Origin: a bacterium
Lineage (GTDB): Bacteria > Hinthialibacterota > Hinthialibacteria > Hinthialibacterales > Hinthialibacteraceae
Reading direction: 5' to 3'
NCBI GenBank assembly: GCA_963662285.2
Contig: CAXXMV010000003.1
Span: forward strand, 64,001 to 128,000
DNA: 64,000 bases
Part shown: in pieces, positions 1-9,822 of the stretch
Position numbering within the stretch: the stretch's first letter is position 1
How the letters are laid out: each line of letters starts with the position of its first letter
Made by a program: the position numbers and the translations under genes
Notes under the pieces: generated by a model
What the model saw: the letters and a program-made list of their open reading frames with translations, nothing else
Database searches by the model: none
Told to the model about the DNA's origin: nothing

Positions 1-2
1 GT

Positions 3-932
3 GTTCGCGGGCCATCATGGGAATCAGCTAATGCGCCCGATAATGCTCTACCCGATGGTCAGACAGCTGATAAAGCCATTGAACTACTTAATTCAGTCAA
101 AAATCAACGCTTCTTTTTAGCGGTTGGTTTTCTAAAACCTCATCTACCTTTTGTGGCGCCCAAGAAATATTATGATCTTTATCCAGCAGATAAAATAACC
201 TTGGCCGACAACCTCTTTGCTCCTAAAGACGCTCCCAAACTAGCGCTGCATAATTTCGGTGAATTGCGCAACTACAATGATATTCCCAAAGAAGGTCCGT
301 TAACTGATAATAAAGCGCATGAACTTACCCGCGCTTATTATGCATCGACCAGTTATGTTGATGCTCAAATCGGCCGGGTGATAGATGAACTGGACAAACT
401 TGGATTACGCGAAAATACCGTTATAGTGGTCTGGGGAGATCATGGCTGGCAATTAGGCGAGCATTCCCTGTGGTGTAAGCATTCGAACTTTGAAACATCT
501 ACCCGCTCGCCGCTTATTATCAGTGCGCCAGAGATGCCGGCAACCAATATTAAAACTGATGGTCTAACTGAATTCGTCGATATATATCCCACGCTGTGCG
601 AGCTGTGCGATTTACCGGTTCCCGAAGGTTTGGAAGGCGTCAGTCTGACGCCGCTTATTAAATCCCCCGACAGGCCCTGGAAAAAAGCTGCTTTCAGCCA
701 ATACCCCCGCGGCGAAAACATCATGGGATATTCCATGCGCACCGATCATTTCCGTTACACCGAATGGATCAAGACGGATGAAGATAAAACTATTGCTGTT
801 GAACTATATGATCATAGCAATGATCCTGATGAAAATGTAAATGTCGCAGCAAAACCGGAATACAAGGAAATAATCCAGGAGTTGGGAATCCAATTGCATA
901 AAGGCTGGCAATGCGCCAAGCCCCCTGCATAA
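3..932 (+). CDS. Sulfatase, iduronate-2-sulfatase-like (5'-truncated by window edge)
   Basis: Frame is open from position 3 (VRGPSWESANAPDNALPDGQTADKA...FFLAVGFLKPHLPF). Contains YYASTSYVDAQIG, WGDHGWQLGEH and ELYDHSNDPDENVN sulfatase motifs. Confidence 0.9.
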   Translation, partial: VRGPSWESANAPDNALPDGQTADKAIELLNSVKNQRFFLAVGFLKPHLPFVAPKKYYDLYPADKITLADNLFAPKDAPKLALHNFGELRNYNDIPKEGPLTDNKAHELTRAYYASTSYVDAQIGRVIDELDKLGLRENTVIVVWGDHGWQLGEHSLWCKHSNFETSTRSPLIISAPEMPATNIKTDGLTEFVDIYPTLCELCDLPVPEGLEGVSLTPLIKSPDRPWKKAAFSQYPRGENIMGYSMRTDHFRYTEWIKTDEDKTIAVELYDHSNDPDENVNVAAKPEYKEIIQELGIQLHKGWQCAKPPA

Positions 933-941
933 AGCCTACAC

Positions 942-1042
942 GTAGGGTGGGTCAGCTTTACCGACCCACCGTAAATCCACTCCATCATAAAAATCCACCA
1001 ACCCCCGTGTAGGGTGGGCTAAAAGCGATAGCGTAGCCCACC
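942..1042. repeat. Two GTAG-type REP palindromes (family A)
   Basis: GTAGGGTGGGTCAGCTTTACCGACCCACC (942-970; identical copy at 11735-11763) and GTAGGGTGGGCTAAAAGCGATAGCGTAGCCCACC (1009-1042; near-identical inverted copy at 63361-63394). Confidence 0.85.
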
Positions 1043-1051
1043 AAGATCCAC

Positions 1052-1324
1052 TTATGACTTCTTCAAAACCATACGGATTGATATATATGCAATCAAGGCA
1101 AACACCATAATGCTTTTCCAGAAAGTCAATCCATAATAATTTAACAGAACAAAATTCTGTTCGGAAATACCGGATAGTTCAGAATGGAATTTAGAGAAGA
1201 AATCTCCTACCAAGAAGAATAAGATTATCCATACTCCCATAATTACTGCTTCGATGATAACGCAACGTATCAACACTTTGGCGGTTGCATCCAAGAGATT
1301 TGAAACTGTCATTTCATCGTTCAT
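1052..1324 (-). CDS. Small two-TM membrane protein (DUF6868-like)
   Basis: 90 aa, GGAGG RBS, two hydrophobic segments, NYYGLTFWK...YISIRM pattern. Last gene of the gntR-SPFH operon. Confidence 0.65.
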   Translation of the reverse strand: MNDEMTVSNLLDATAKVLIRCVIIEAVIMGVWIILFFLVGDFFSKFHSELSGISEQNFVLLNYYGLTFWKSIMVFALIAYISIRMVLKKS

Positions 1325-1350
1325 GAGTCGCCTCCAGATATATAGTTATT

Positions 1351-2499
1351 CTATTCGTTTACTGCATCGTCTATCGGTTCTGTAACTTCTGGTTCCTGTG
1401 TTTCCGGTTCTGGCGCATGGCCGCCGGGTATCTCTCTGCCTAGAGCGGTGAGACCTCCCAGGGCGCCCAGACCCATTGATTCGATGGCGGAAGATGGAAC
1501 GATAATCATTGATCCTTTCTGCCGCAGACCTTCGTAGACCATATTCATGGCGCGTAGATGGAGCGCGACGGGATTATCTATGTAATGCTCTGAGGCGCGG
1601 GCGAATTTTTCTGCGATTTCCGTCTCCGCCGTTCCCAGGATAATACGGCTTTGGCGCTCGCGTTCAGCCTGAGCCTGACGGGACATGGCATCCTCCAGGC
1701 CTTTGGGAATAATGATGTCACGAATCTCCACGGCTTGGGTGGTTATGCCCCAGGCGCTGGTTTTTTCATCCAGAGCTTTTTGAATTTCCGCGCCCAGGCG
1801 GTCTCGTTCTGAAAGAAGTACGGCCAAATCGTGTTTGCCGATGGCGTTTCTCAGAGCAGTTTGGGCTGACAGGATGACGGCTTCATCAAAGTATTCAACT
1901 TCCAGTACGGCTTTTTCTGCATCCCAGACAATCCAGAATGCTATGGCGTCAACGTTGACCGGTACGGTATCAGAGGTCAATGTGGTTTCCGCGCTGAAAT
2001 CCGCCACCCGGATACGCTGATCGACGAATTGGGCGACTTTATCCATAACAGGCATGATGATAAACAAGCCCGGTTTACGTAGACCCCTGAATTTTCCGAA
2101 ACGCAGCATAACCGCACGTTCCCATTGGTAAGCGATCTGAACCGATGGGGAGAGCAGGATGGCGATGATAATCGTAATAATCATGACCTCGCTTTCAGGC
2201 CGCATTAATATATAGGCTATAAGGCAATCCAGAGTTCCCAGTACGACTACCGTCTCCCAAACTTGGGCTAACCTCAGGCATACAGCCAAGGTTAAGGCTG
2301 ATCCAAGGCAGATTGAGACCACTTCGACTGAATAATCGTGAAATTGAAGATGAACGATAAGGCCAACAACAAAAATCGAGACCAGAATGAGTGCGTTCAG
2401 CGGAGAGAAACGAAAATCCGCCCGTGATGTGGTGGAGAATTTCTCCAGCGAAAATGATGGTTTGTCTGACTTGTTTGGTGTTTTGTACCTGTTACTCAT
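1351..2499 (-). CDS. SPFH/stomatin (band 7, slipin) membrane protein with N-terminal TM extension
   Basis: QWERAVMLRFGK, TLTSDTVPVNVDAI, AQTALRNAIG and DAMSRQAQAERERQSRII motifs. Start overlaps the gntR stop (ATGA). Confidence 0.92.
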   Translation of the reverse strand: MSNRYKTPNKSDKPSFSLEKFSTTSRADFRFSPLNALILVSIFVVGLIVHLQFHDYSVEVVSICLGSALTLAVCLRLAQVWETVVVLGTLDCLIAYILMRPESEVMIITIIIAILLSPSVQIAYQWERAVMLRFGKFRGLRKPGLFIIMPVMDKVAQFVDQRIRVADFSAETTLTSDTVPVNVDAIAFWIVWDAEKAVLEVEYFDEAVILSAQTALRNAIGKHDLAVLLSERDRLGAEIQKALDEKTSAWGITTQAVEIRDIIIPKGLEDAMSRQAQAERERQSRIILGTAETEIAEKFARASEHYIDNPVALHLRAMNMVYEGLRQKGSMIIVPSSAIESMGLGALGGLTALGREIPGGHAPEPETQEPEVTEPIDDAVNE

Positions 2500-2873
2500 T
2501 TCACTTCCTCCTTGCGTTGTTGTAATCCTTCTATTAATTCGTCAATTTTGAATCCATAAGATGAGGCGCGCGCCAGCATATCGGTTATAATTTGATCCAG
2601 CATACGCTGTTTTTCCAGTTGGTCGATTTCCGGTCGGTTTTTGCTGACGAAGGTTCCCGATCCTTGCTGCGTGGTAAGCATTCCCCCAATTTCCAGTTCA
2701 CGATAAGCCCGGATGACGGTATTAAGATTGATGGAAAGGTCTACCGCCAGTTGACGGACGGTCGGCAGTTGATCGCCGGATTGCAGGTTTCCCCGTGCAA
2801 TAGCAAATTTAACCTGCTCGATTATCTGCCGGTAGAAAGGTACGCCGCTCTTGGAATCAATAAGAATCTTCAC
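2496..2873 (-). CDS. GntR family, YtrA-subfamily transcriptional regulator
   Basis: PFYRQIIEQVK...GDQLPTVRQLAVDLSINLNTVIRAYRELE...QGSGTFV winged HTH with a short C-terminus, 125 aa. Confidence 0.93.
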   Translation of the reverse strand: MKILIDSKSGVPFYRQIIEQVKFAIARGNLQSGDQLPTVRQLAVDLSINLNTVIRAYRELEIGGMLTTQQGSGTFVSKNRPEIDQLEKQRMLDQIITDMLARASSYGFKIDELIEGLQQRKEEVK

Positions 2874-2891
2874 AAAATTGCTCCAATGTAA

Positions 2892-2933
2892 TATTGTACT
2901 AATAGTTTATAACAATAATACAATAGTTGTCAA
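2892..2933 (-). promoter_or_regulatory. sigma70 promoter overlapped by a putative YtrA operator
   Basis: Minus-strand TTGACA (2933-2928), 16 bp, TATAAA (2911-2906). An imperfect palindrome TATTGTAcTA...TAaTACAATA (2892-2925) spans it. Confidence 0.65.
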
Positions 2934-2987
2934 GCTTTTTTTTGTGGTGTGAGGGATAAAAGAAGGGATTTCTATGCGCACATACTT

Positions 2988-3016
2988 TTGACAAGCGCTA
3001 TAGAGTGATATATTCT
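2988..3016 (+). promoter_or_regulatory. sigma70-type promoter of the GT2 gene
   Basis: TTGACA-17 bp-TATTCT, ending about 36 bp before the ATG at 3053. Confidence 0.55.
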
Positions 3017-3052
3017 GCTTGAATAAGCAAAACCCAAGAGAATTCAACCACT

Positions 3053-4030
3053 ATGGAAAATCAATCAAAAAACACATATCTATCAGTCGTATTACCCGTG
3101 TATAACGAAGTTGAAAGTCTGCGAACTCTGCATGATGCGCTATGCAAGGAATTGCAAGCGACAGGATTATCCTATGAGATTCTGTATTGCGACGATGGCA
3201 GCGAAGATGGATCAGTAGATGTTTTGCGTGAATTCGCTGGCGGGGATTCTCGTGTGCGGGTTCTGGTTTTTAAAAGAAATTTCGGACAGACGGCGGCCAT
3301 TACTGCAGGGGTGGATCAAGCCCGTGGCGAGATCATTGTTCTAATGGACGCCGATTACCAGAACGATCCTGCGGATATCAGGAAATTACTGGAGAAATTG
3401 GATGAAGGTTATGATATTGTCAGCGGCTGGCGCCGTAGTAGAAAAGACCCGTTATTCTCAAAAAAAATACCTTCCCGCATAGCTAATTGGTTGATATCCA
3501 AAATTACCGGAGTCAAAATTCACGATCACGGTTGCACCTTGAAAGCATACCGTAGTGCAATATTAAAGCATGTCTCTCTCTATGGTGAGATGCACCGCTT
3601 TATCTCCATCCTGGGGCATTGGGCTGGCGCAACCGTAGCTGAAATCGAAGTCAATCATCTTCCACGGCGATGTGGGAAATCCAAATATTCATTGATCCGG
3701 ATTTTTAAGGTTCTGCTTGATCTGCCGGTTCTGGTCTTACTAGGCAACTACTTAACCCGTCCCATGCATTTCTTCGGTATGGTTGGCATTGGTTTTAATG
3801 CGCTGGGATTATTATGCGCGGTGCAAGTCGCCAAAGATCTTTTTATTGATGGAGAGCAAGCATCTGAAAATGGCTTTCTGATTTTGATGGTTTTCTTCTC
3901 TCTGGTAGGAATCATGATAATCATGATTGGACTGCTGGCTGAATTGCTTACACGTGTTTACTACGAAAGCCAGGGCAAGAAAACATACGTTATTCAGGAA
4001 AATATAAATGAGCCTGATCTTGATGAGTAG
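3053..4030 (+). CDS. GT2 polyprenol-phosphate glycosyltransferase (ArnC/DPM1-like)
   Basis: SVVLPVYNE, DDGSEDGS, RNFGQTAA, MDADYQNDP, LYGEMHRF and two C-terminal TM helices. Confidence 0.92.
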   Translation: MENQSKNTYLSVVLPVYNEVESLRTLHDALCKELQATGLSYEILYCDDGSEDGSVDVLREFAGGDSRVRVLVFKRNFGQTAAITAGVDQARGEIIVLMDADYQNDPADIRKLLEKLDEGYDIVSGWRRSRKDPLFSKKIPSRIANWLISKITGVKIHDHGCTLKAYRSAILKHVSLYGEMHRFISILGHWAGATVAEIEVNHLPRRCGKSKYSLIRIFKVLLDLPVLVLLGNYLTRPMHFFGMVGIGFNALGLLCAVQVAKDLFIDGEQASENGFLILMVFFSLVGIMIIMIGLLAELLTRVYYESQGKKTYVIQENINEPDLDE

Positions 4031-4039
4031 TATGAAAAA

Positions 4040-4450
4040 CTAACGATTAAGCGTTTCTTTGATTTTTTGCAATAAAATATCTGTACGGTATGGCTTATCG
4101 AGAAATCCAGTAATGCCGAGCTGTTTTAGCGACTTTATTTGCCAATCTTGAATATATCCACTGCTTATAATTATTTTGGCGTCAGGCGAACTTACCAGTA
4201 TCTTTTCTGCAACTTCAGAACCGGAAAGGTGGGGCATAGAAAAATCCAAGATTACTAAATCAATGTTATTTTTTTCTTTATAGAAAATATCCAGACCGTC
4301 TTCACCATCTGCAGCGGTAATAACCGTGTAACCCGAATCTTCCAGAATGGATTGGTTTAAACGCCTGATCAATTCTTCATCATCAATAAAGAGAATTGTT
4401 TCATTGTTGCCAGTCAATACTTTTTGAATTTCATCTTGTGCAGGTTTCAT
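4040..4450 (-). CDS. Stand-alone response-regulator receiver domain (probably the tail of a decayed hybrid kinase)
   Basis: ETILFIDDEE, LVILDFSMPHLSG, IISSGY, FLDKPY. An out-of-frame HisKA fragment lies immediately upstream. Confidence 0.8.
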   Translation of the reverse strand: MKPAQDEIQKVLTGNNETILFIDDEELIRRLNQSILEDSGYTVITAADGEDGLDIFYKEKNNIDLVILDFSMPHLSGSEVAEKILVSSPDAKIIISSGYIQDWQIKSLKQLGITGFLDKPYRTDILLQKIKETLNR

Positions 4451-4511
4451 TAATAACGATCAGTTTCAATTCCATGCGTGATTTCCGGCTGAAGGATAGC
4501 AGTTGTTTAAC
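4446..4511 (-). pseudogene. Fragment of a histidine kinase DHp (HisKA) domain
   Basis: Reads VKQLLSFSRKSRMELKLIVINE, the typical end of HisKA in hybrid kinases, one base out of frame with the receiver ORF. Confidence 0.6.
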
Positions 4512-4593
4512 TGGTTCCCGTAGCGGAAAGCCTTTTTTTGTTAGTCGATATCTATCAGGTTATGTTATATAACCTGAATAATGATAAAACGGG

Positions 4594-5256
4594 CTAGGCC
4601 ATTTCCAGGACTTTGGCTACCAGTTTTTCAATGCCTTCCGCTACCGGGGCGATGCTTTGCCCCAGCATATAGGCGGGCGTTGTCACCAGTTTGTTTTTTT
4701 GATCAACCACGATTTCAGTTACTGAGGCGGGTTGATTCTCCGCGCCCATGGCTCTTAATGCGCCAGCGGTCGAGGCGTCGGTTCCAATTGTCATAACTGG
4801 ATTCAAAGTCTTATCTTGCAAAGCGCGCGCCACAAGCGCAGGAGCAATGCAGATGGCGCCGATAACTTTATCATTATCGACCGCATCAATAATTACCTGT
4901 TGAACGACAGGATCAATGCTGCATGAGTCGCCATCCACCGCCAGCGTGCATAGGTTTTTGGCCGCCCCGAAACCTCCGGGGAAAATTACTGCGTCAAATT
5001 CGTTGATCTTAAGATCAGAGAGAGGCGTGATTTCACCGCGCGCGATTCGCGCTGATTCGATCAATACATTGCGGGACTGGTCTGCTTCAGGTTCCCCTTT
5101 GAGGTGATTCACTACATGCATCTGCTCTTTATCGGGAGCAAAGCACCGGGTATCCGCTCCACCTTTATCTAAATACAGCAGCGTCAGAACTGCTTCATGA
5201 ATTTCCGATCCATCAAATACGCCGCATCCTGATAGAATAACTGCAACTCGCTTCAT
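4594..5256 (-). CDS. elbB: ElbB glyoxalase, DJ-1/PfpI (ES1) family
   Basis: AVILSGCGVFDGSEIHEAV, ESARIARG, PGGFGAAKNL, ICIAP, LVTTPAYML. Confidence 0.95.
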   Translation of the reverse strand: MKRVAVILSGCGVFDGSEIHEAVLTLLYLDKGGADTRCFAPDKEQMHVVNHLKGEPEADQSRNVLIESARIARGEITPLSDLKINEFDAVIFPGGFGAAKNLCTLAVDGDSCSIDPVVQQVIIDAVDNDKVIGAICIAPALVARALQDKTLNPVMTIGTDASTAGALRAMGAENQPASVTEIVVDQKNKLVTTPAYMLGQSIAPVAEGIEKLVAKVLEMA

Positions 5257-5391
5257 GATTTCATCCTCCCGAATCTTTACTGAGTTGAGTATGCGATATA
5301 ATGGTTTCTTTTGTAAATAGTACTAAAGGGATTTTTATAAATATTTTTTTTTATAATTCCGCGAATATAAACCTTATCATTCAAACCAACC

Positions 5392-6876
5392 TTATCCAGC
5401 CGCCTCTTTAGCCTTCTCGCGCGACACGGATTGAACTGCTATTTCGGGTTGCGGCGACTGGCTAATATCACGGATAAACTTTGGTTGATGCCATACTGAC
5501 GGTAGACCGACAATGCCTTTCTTAATTAAACTTTGCTTGATGCTATAGAGCCATCCCAAAAGCATTAATTTAAGATTATTGGATGGCAGTCTTTTAATAA
5601 GCGTTTTTATGATCGGGAACAGCCGGGGATAACTCATGAAGAGATGAGCGCATTGCCCGATTTTTTCGATTAACTGCTTGTTTTCCAGTTTGATGCTTGG
5701 CGCCAGACAGTCCTGGTATTCCCGTGGTAGTTCCTCCAGTTTGCCGCTGAAACCGTATTTCTCTTTGCACAGGTTTCCCAGTTTGGTTCCTGGGTAGGGA
5801 CCATAAAAAGAAAAGGTATTGGTATGAGTCCGGCAGCGGATATTTAACTCGATGGTTGATAAAGCGGATTCAACCGTTTCTCCGGGAACGCCGAACATAT
5901 TTTGTCCAATCACACGGATGCCGTATTTATTATATAAGTCGCAGGATTCAATAATCTGTTGAGTGGTTACATTTTTGGAAAGAATCACGCGCCGCAGCTC
6001 GTCATCGCCATTCTCTATGCCGGTAGCGACTCTAATGCAACCCGCTTCAGCCAGTTTCTGCACTTTCTCTTCATTAGTAAGGTCGCAGCGCACGTTGCAG
6101 ACGAATGGCAAGCCGATCTCATCCCGGTAACGCGGCAGAAATTCCATCAACCATTTTTTGTTTAGAATAAAAGTGTCATCCTGGAATGCGTTATAAATAA
6201 CCTGGTATTTATCCTTCAACCATTTTAACTCGGCTATCACATTATCCACGCTGCGTTGACGGCACCATCGACCCGGTTGTGATTCGCGTGATACGTGATT
6301 AAAACAATACGAACAATCATAGGGGCATCCACGGCCCGCCATGATGTAGCCGGTGCGGTCATTCCATACTGTACAATCCCGGATAAGCTCGCGATCCGGG
6401 AATGGCAGCAGGTTCAGCTCTTCCTTGGTAAGAAAAGGTCTATTGGGATTGCGGAATATTTTACCATTGATTTTAGCGGTGATAGATGGAATATTGGTAT
6501 AATCACGGCCTTCTTCAATAGCGGTTAACAATTCTAATACCGGGTATTCACCTTCGCCGGTGCAGATGATATCCACGTCATCTTCTTCGATCATCTGCGG
6601 GAAAAAAATGGGATGCGGTCCGCCAAAAAGAGAGATGCATTTATAGGCTTTTTTTATGGCGTGGTTAGCAGCGTAAAAACTGGGCGCATGAGTAGTGGCT
6701 AAAGTATAAGCGACAATTTCAGGTTTCAATTGAAGAATTTTTTCTATATAATCGCCATCATCAATATTTACCACAGATATCTGGTGTCCTGCTTCTTTGA
6801 GAATGGATGAAATATATGATGCGCCTAGCGGTTGATGGCTAAGAATGATATTGTCAAATACAAAAGTTAAATGCAT
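5392..6876 (-). CDS. B12-binding-domain radical SAM protein
   Basis: N-terminal cobalamin-binding region (PLG..YISS, GGPHP, GEGE) and RGCPYDCSYC CxxxCxxC motif. Confidence 0.92.
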   Translation of the reverse strand: MHLTFVFDNIILSHQPLGASYISSILKEAGHQISVVNIDDGDYIEKILQLKPEIVAYTLATTHAPSFYAANHAIKKAYKCISLFGGPHPIFFPQMIEEDDVDIICTGEGEYPVLELLTAIEEGRDYTNIPSITAKINGKIFRNPNRPFLTKEELNLLPFPDRELIRDCTVWNDRTGYIMAGRGCPYDCSYCFNHVSRESQPGRWCRQRSVDNVIAELKWLKDKYQVIYNAFQDDTFILNKKWLMEFLPRYRDEIGLPFVCNVRCDLTNEEKVQKLAEAGCIRVATGIENGDDELRRVILSKNVTTQQIIESCDLYNKYGIRVIGQNMFGVPGETVESALSTIELNIRCRTHTNTFSFYGPYPGTKLGNLCKEKYGFSGKLEELPREYQDCLAPSIKLENKQLIEKIGQCAHLFMSYPRLFPIIKTLIKRLPSNNLKLMLLGWLYSIKQSLIKKGIVGLPSVWHQPKFIRDISQSPQPEIAVQSVSREKAKEAAG

Positions 6877-6941
6877 ACTAGATTACCTCAGAAAACAAAG
6901 CAACTTTATTTATACTGTAAGACAGTAGTTATTCGCGAAAG

Positions 6942-8816
6942 ATGATAGACCTTATTATACTCATTTTATTTGGATTGAGCATTCCTCTAGGAAGCGCATT
7001 CATCGGGCGGTGGGCTATAGGTCTATTTAAGATCGATCCGCAAGTAATACCTTACCCCTGCCGCATTGGAGCGGGATTAATAATTTTAACCTTCCTGCTG
7101 ATCCTGCAGGGCTTTCTAAGGCTATATTATTCACCTTTTCTGATCGCATTATGGTTATTATGGCTCATGGCGTCAGTGGGCGGATTATGGGAACTGCGCG
7201 GAATATCATTCTTTACCGAGAAATTTACAGACAGCAGTTCCAGTTGGAATTCGCTGTTTCTGCGAATCTGTATTGGCGTTATGCTGATCATCTACGTATT
7301 CAATGCCATGACGCCGGAAACGCGGCATGATCCTTACGATTATCATTTAACTATTCCCACCATTTACCTGGCTAATCATAGTATTGTCGAGATTCCCTGG
7401 CATGTGTTTTCCTATATGCCCAAGAATTGTGAAATCGTATATGGTCTGGCGCTGGCCATCGGTGAAGATCATCTGGTCAAACTATTGCATCTTATGTTTG
7501 GCTGTTTGTGCATTCTTACTATCGCCTCTTTTATTAAAAAAATCATAAGTCATGAGGCCGCTTTATTGACCGCTTTATTGGTGATAACCATTCCGCTTTT
7601 CGGTTTTGTAGCTACCGCATCATACATTGATCTCGGACGGGCGTTTTGGGAATTAGGAGCGCTGTACTTGCTTTCCATAGTGTGGGATAAACCAAAATCT
7701 GGAGCGAGAGCGCAGTTTTTCATCTTGTCTGGACTATTCGCCGGGATGGCGCTTGGGACGAAATACGTCTCATTTATGGTTTTTTTCATCCCATATTTAA
7801 TGCTGGTTTTAATAACTTTATGGAAACTGCGTAGAGATAGCGTCATTCGATTGACCATATTGTGGTCTTTAGCGGTTCTGATCCCGGTTGCGCCCTGGAT
7901 GATATGCAATATGATCTGGACTCAAAACCCGGTATATCCACTCTTGCCGCAAGTTTTTGGAATGAATATTCCCCCAGCGCAAGAGGCCTATCAATTTATC
8001 AGGAATCACGCGCCGCCTGCTGAGTTTTACCGGTTGAGCAATATTCCTCATGAGATTCTTAAAAGAATCAATAATCTTCTGCTTGAAGGTAATGCTCTGG
8101 TATTGATCGGGATGGTTGCTTTACTGGTCGCTCCCTGGTGGAGCCGGCAGCCTCAAGCAAAAAAAATGTCATCAGCTAGTTTGAGAGGTTTATCGGTTTA
8201 TGTGTTTATTTCATCAATGTTGTTTGTTATGGGCTGCGACAACATGGATGGCCGCTTTTTCTTTTCTACAATAGCGCTGTTATCGATTCCCGCAGCTTTT
8301 ATGCTTGAGGCGTTAGCTAATTACACTAAACAAACCAGTCCCTGGGGTAAGTATATTATTCCCGGATTCGCTTTAGTCCTGTTAGCTAATTCAGTAACCT
8401 ATCGTTTTAACCAGTTGAGCGCCCTGAAAGAATCTCCCATTCCTATAATAACAGAAGATCAGCGCGATCAATGGTTGGGCAAAAGATTCAGTTACTACAG
8501 AGCTGCCAAATGGGCTAATAAAACTTTGCCGGAAGATTCCTTGGTTCTTGGTATGGGATACCCGCTTAAACATAAGCATATCGCCAGAATTAAATATGGT
8601 TATATTCCATTTTTGCATGAACTTGATAGAGATATAACGCCCGGTCAACTGGCCAAAGTTTTATGGCGAAACCATGTAACCCATCTGGTCGATCCTTATC
8701 TTGATGATCCGGGGATCGTTGATCTATCAATATTAAAAAACGATTATCTAACTAAAATTTATGCAGATCACAGCGTAAAAATCTACCAACTCAAGAAGCC
8801 GGATAATGGCGGATAA
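6942..8816 (+). CDS. Polytopic membrane glycosyltransferase, GT-C fold (ArnT/PMT-like)
   Basis: Many TM helices, with D..DYHL.IP, GMALGTKY and PWMI.N.IWT.NPVYP patterns. Confidence 0.7.
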   Translation: MIDLIILILFGLSIPLGSAFIGRWAIGLFKIDPQVIPYPCRIGAGLIILTFLLILQGFLRLYYSPFLIALWLLWLMASVGGLWELRGISFFTEKFTDSSSSWNSLFLRICIGVMLIIYVFNAMTPETRHDPYDYHLTIPTIYLANHSIVEIPWHVFSYMPKNCEIVYGLALAIGEDHLVKLLHLMFGCLCILTIASFIKKIISHEAALLTALLVITIPLFGFVATASYIDLGRAFWELGALYLLSIVWDKPKSGARAQFFILSGLFAGMALGTKYVSFMVFFIPYLMLVLITLWKLRRDSVIRLTILWSLAVLIPVAPWMICNMIWTQNPVYPLLPQVFGMNIPPAQEAYQFIRNHAPPAEFYRLSNIPHEILKRINNLLLEGNALVLIGMVALLVAPWWSRQPQAKKMSSASLRGLSVYVFISSMLFVMGCDNMDGRFFFSTIALLSIPAAFMLEALANYTKQTSPWGKYIIPGFALVLLANSVTYRFNQLSALKESPIPIITEDQRDQWLGKRFSYYRAAKWANKTLPEDSLVLGMGYPLKHKHIARIKYGYIPFLHELDRDITPGQLAKVLWRNHVTHLVDPYLDDPGIVDLSILKNDYLTKIYADHSVKIYQLKKPDNGG

Positions 8817-9714
8817 AAGCATTCATCTACGGAGATGGCTTATTGTCCGGCAAGGCGCTATCGGCGACTCGATTCTACTCTCTTCTTTAATTCAAACCAT
8901 CCGGCGTCAGGCGCCTGAGGCCTGGATCGAAGTAATGGGGATCAAAGAACGCGCCTCATTATTGGTAGGTCAAGGATTGGCTGATAATGCAGTATCTTCT
9001 GATATTCAGGGTATGGAGCGCCTTTACGCTGAACATGATCCCCTTCCTGTTAGACTCATTAATTATCTACAGCAATTTGATGTGATACTTTACTTTGGCG
9101 GTAAGGATCACCAAATCATCGCCCAACGCTTACAGGTCAGGCCTGATGCTATCATCCGGGTGTGTGAGGCGCTGCCGCCACCTTCTGGGATGCATTGCGT
9201 TAATCACTATCATGAAATCCTGAAGGGATTGCTTGAGATTGACGAAATACCATTTCCTATGATTTCTCTAAGTGAGCATGAATTAACTGAAGCGGATTTA
9301 TATCTGGAATCATTGGGGATAAATCGCAGTGAGGAGTACATTCTTGCTATTCATGCAGGCGCTGGAAGCCGTTCCAAACAAGCGCCTGTGGAACTCTTCG
9401 TCCAAGCGGCCAAGAATATCGATTATGATTTACCCGTGGTTTATCTGTTAACCTGCGGTCCGGCAGATAAAGAAGCCGTTAACCAACTAACTGAGTTATT
9501 GCCAACGGATTCTCGTTTTCACATTCTTGAAGAGATGCCGTTGCGCAAACTGGCCGCCATTCTGAGTCGCTCAAACCAATTTATCGGCAACGACAGCGGA
9601 ATCACCCACATGGCGGCTGCGGTGGATTGCCCGGTAACAGCATTTTTTGTGGACAGCGATCACACGATATGGGCGCCGCTGGGAAAACGTGTTGTGATTA
9701 AGGTATTAGAGTGA
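8806..9714 (+). CDS. GT9 ADP-heptose:LPS heptosyltransferase-like protein
   Basis: RQGAIGDSIL, IHAGAGSRSK, FIGNDSGITHMAAAV, WAPLG. Confidence 0.9.
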   Translation: MADKSIHLRRWLIVRQGAIGDSILLSSLIQTIRRQAPEAWIEVMGIKERASLLVGQGLADNAVSSDIQGMERLYAEHDPLPVRLINYLQQFDVILYFGGKDHQIIAQRLQVRPDAIIRVCEALPPPSGMHCVNHYHEILKGLLEIDEIPFPMISLSEHELTEADLYLESLGINRSEEYILAIHAGAGSRSKQAPVELFVQAAKNIDYDLPVVYLLTCGPADKEAVNQLTELLPTDSRFHILEEMPLRKLAAILSRSNQFIGNDSGITHMAAAVDCPVTAFFVDSDHTIWAPLGKRVVIKVLE

Positions 9715-9764
9715 TTCTCCAAATGTTGTCCGACCAGGTCACCGCGCTCCATAAGAAACCAAAT

Positions 9765-9789
9765 GTAGGTGCGCTCCCCGTGAGCGCCC
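9765..9789 (+). repeat. GTAG-type REP (family B, degenerate)
   Basis: GTAGGTGCGCTCCCCGTGAGCGCCC, related to GTAGGGTGCGCCCCTCGTGGGCGCCCG at 43386. Confidence 0.65.
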
Positions 9790-9822
9790 AAAATCACCCA
9801 CTCCCCCAGCCAAGCATCCGCT

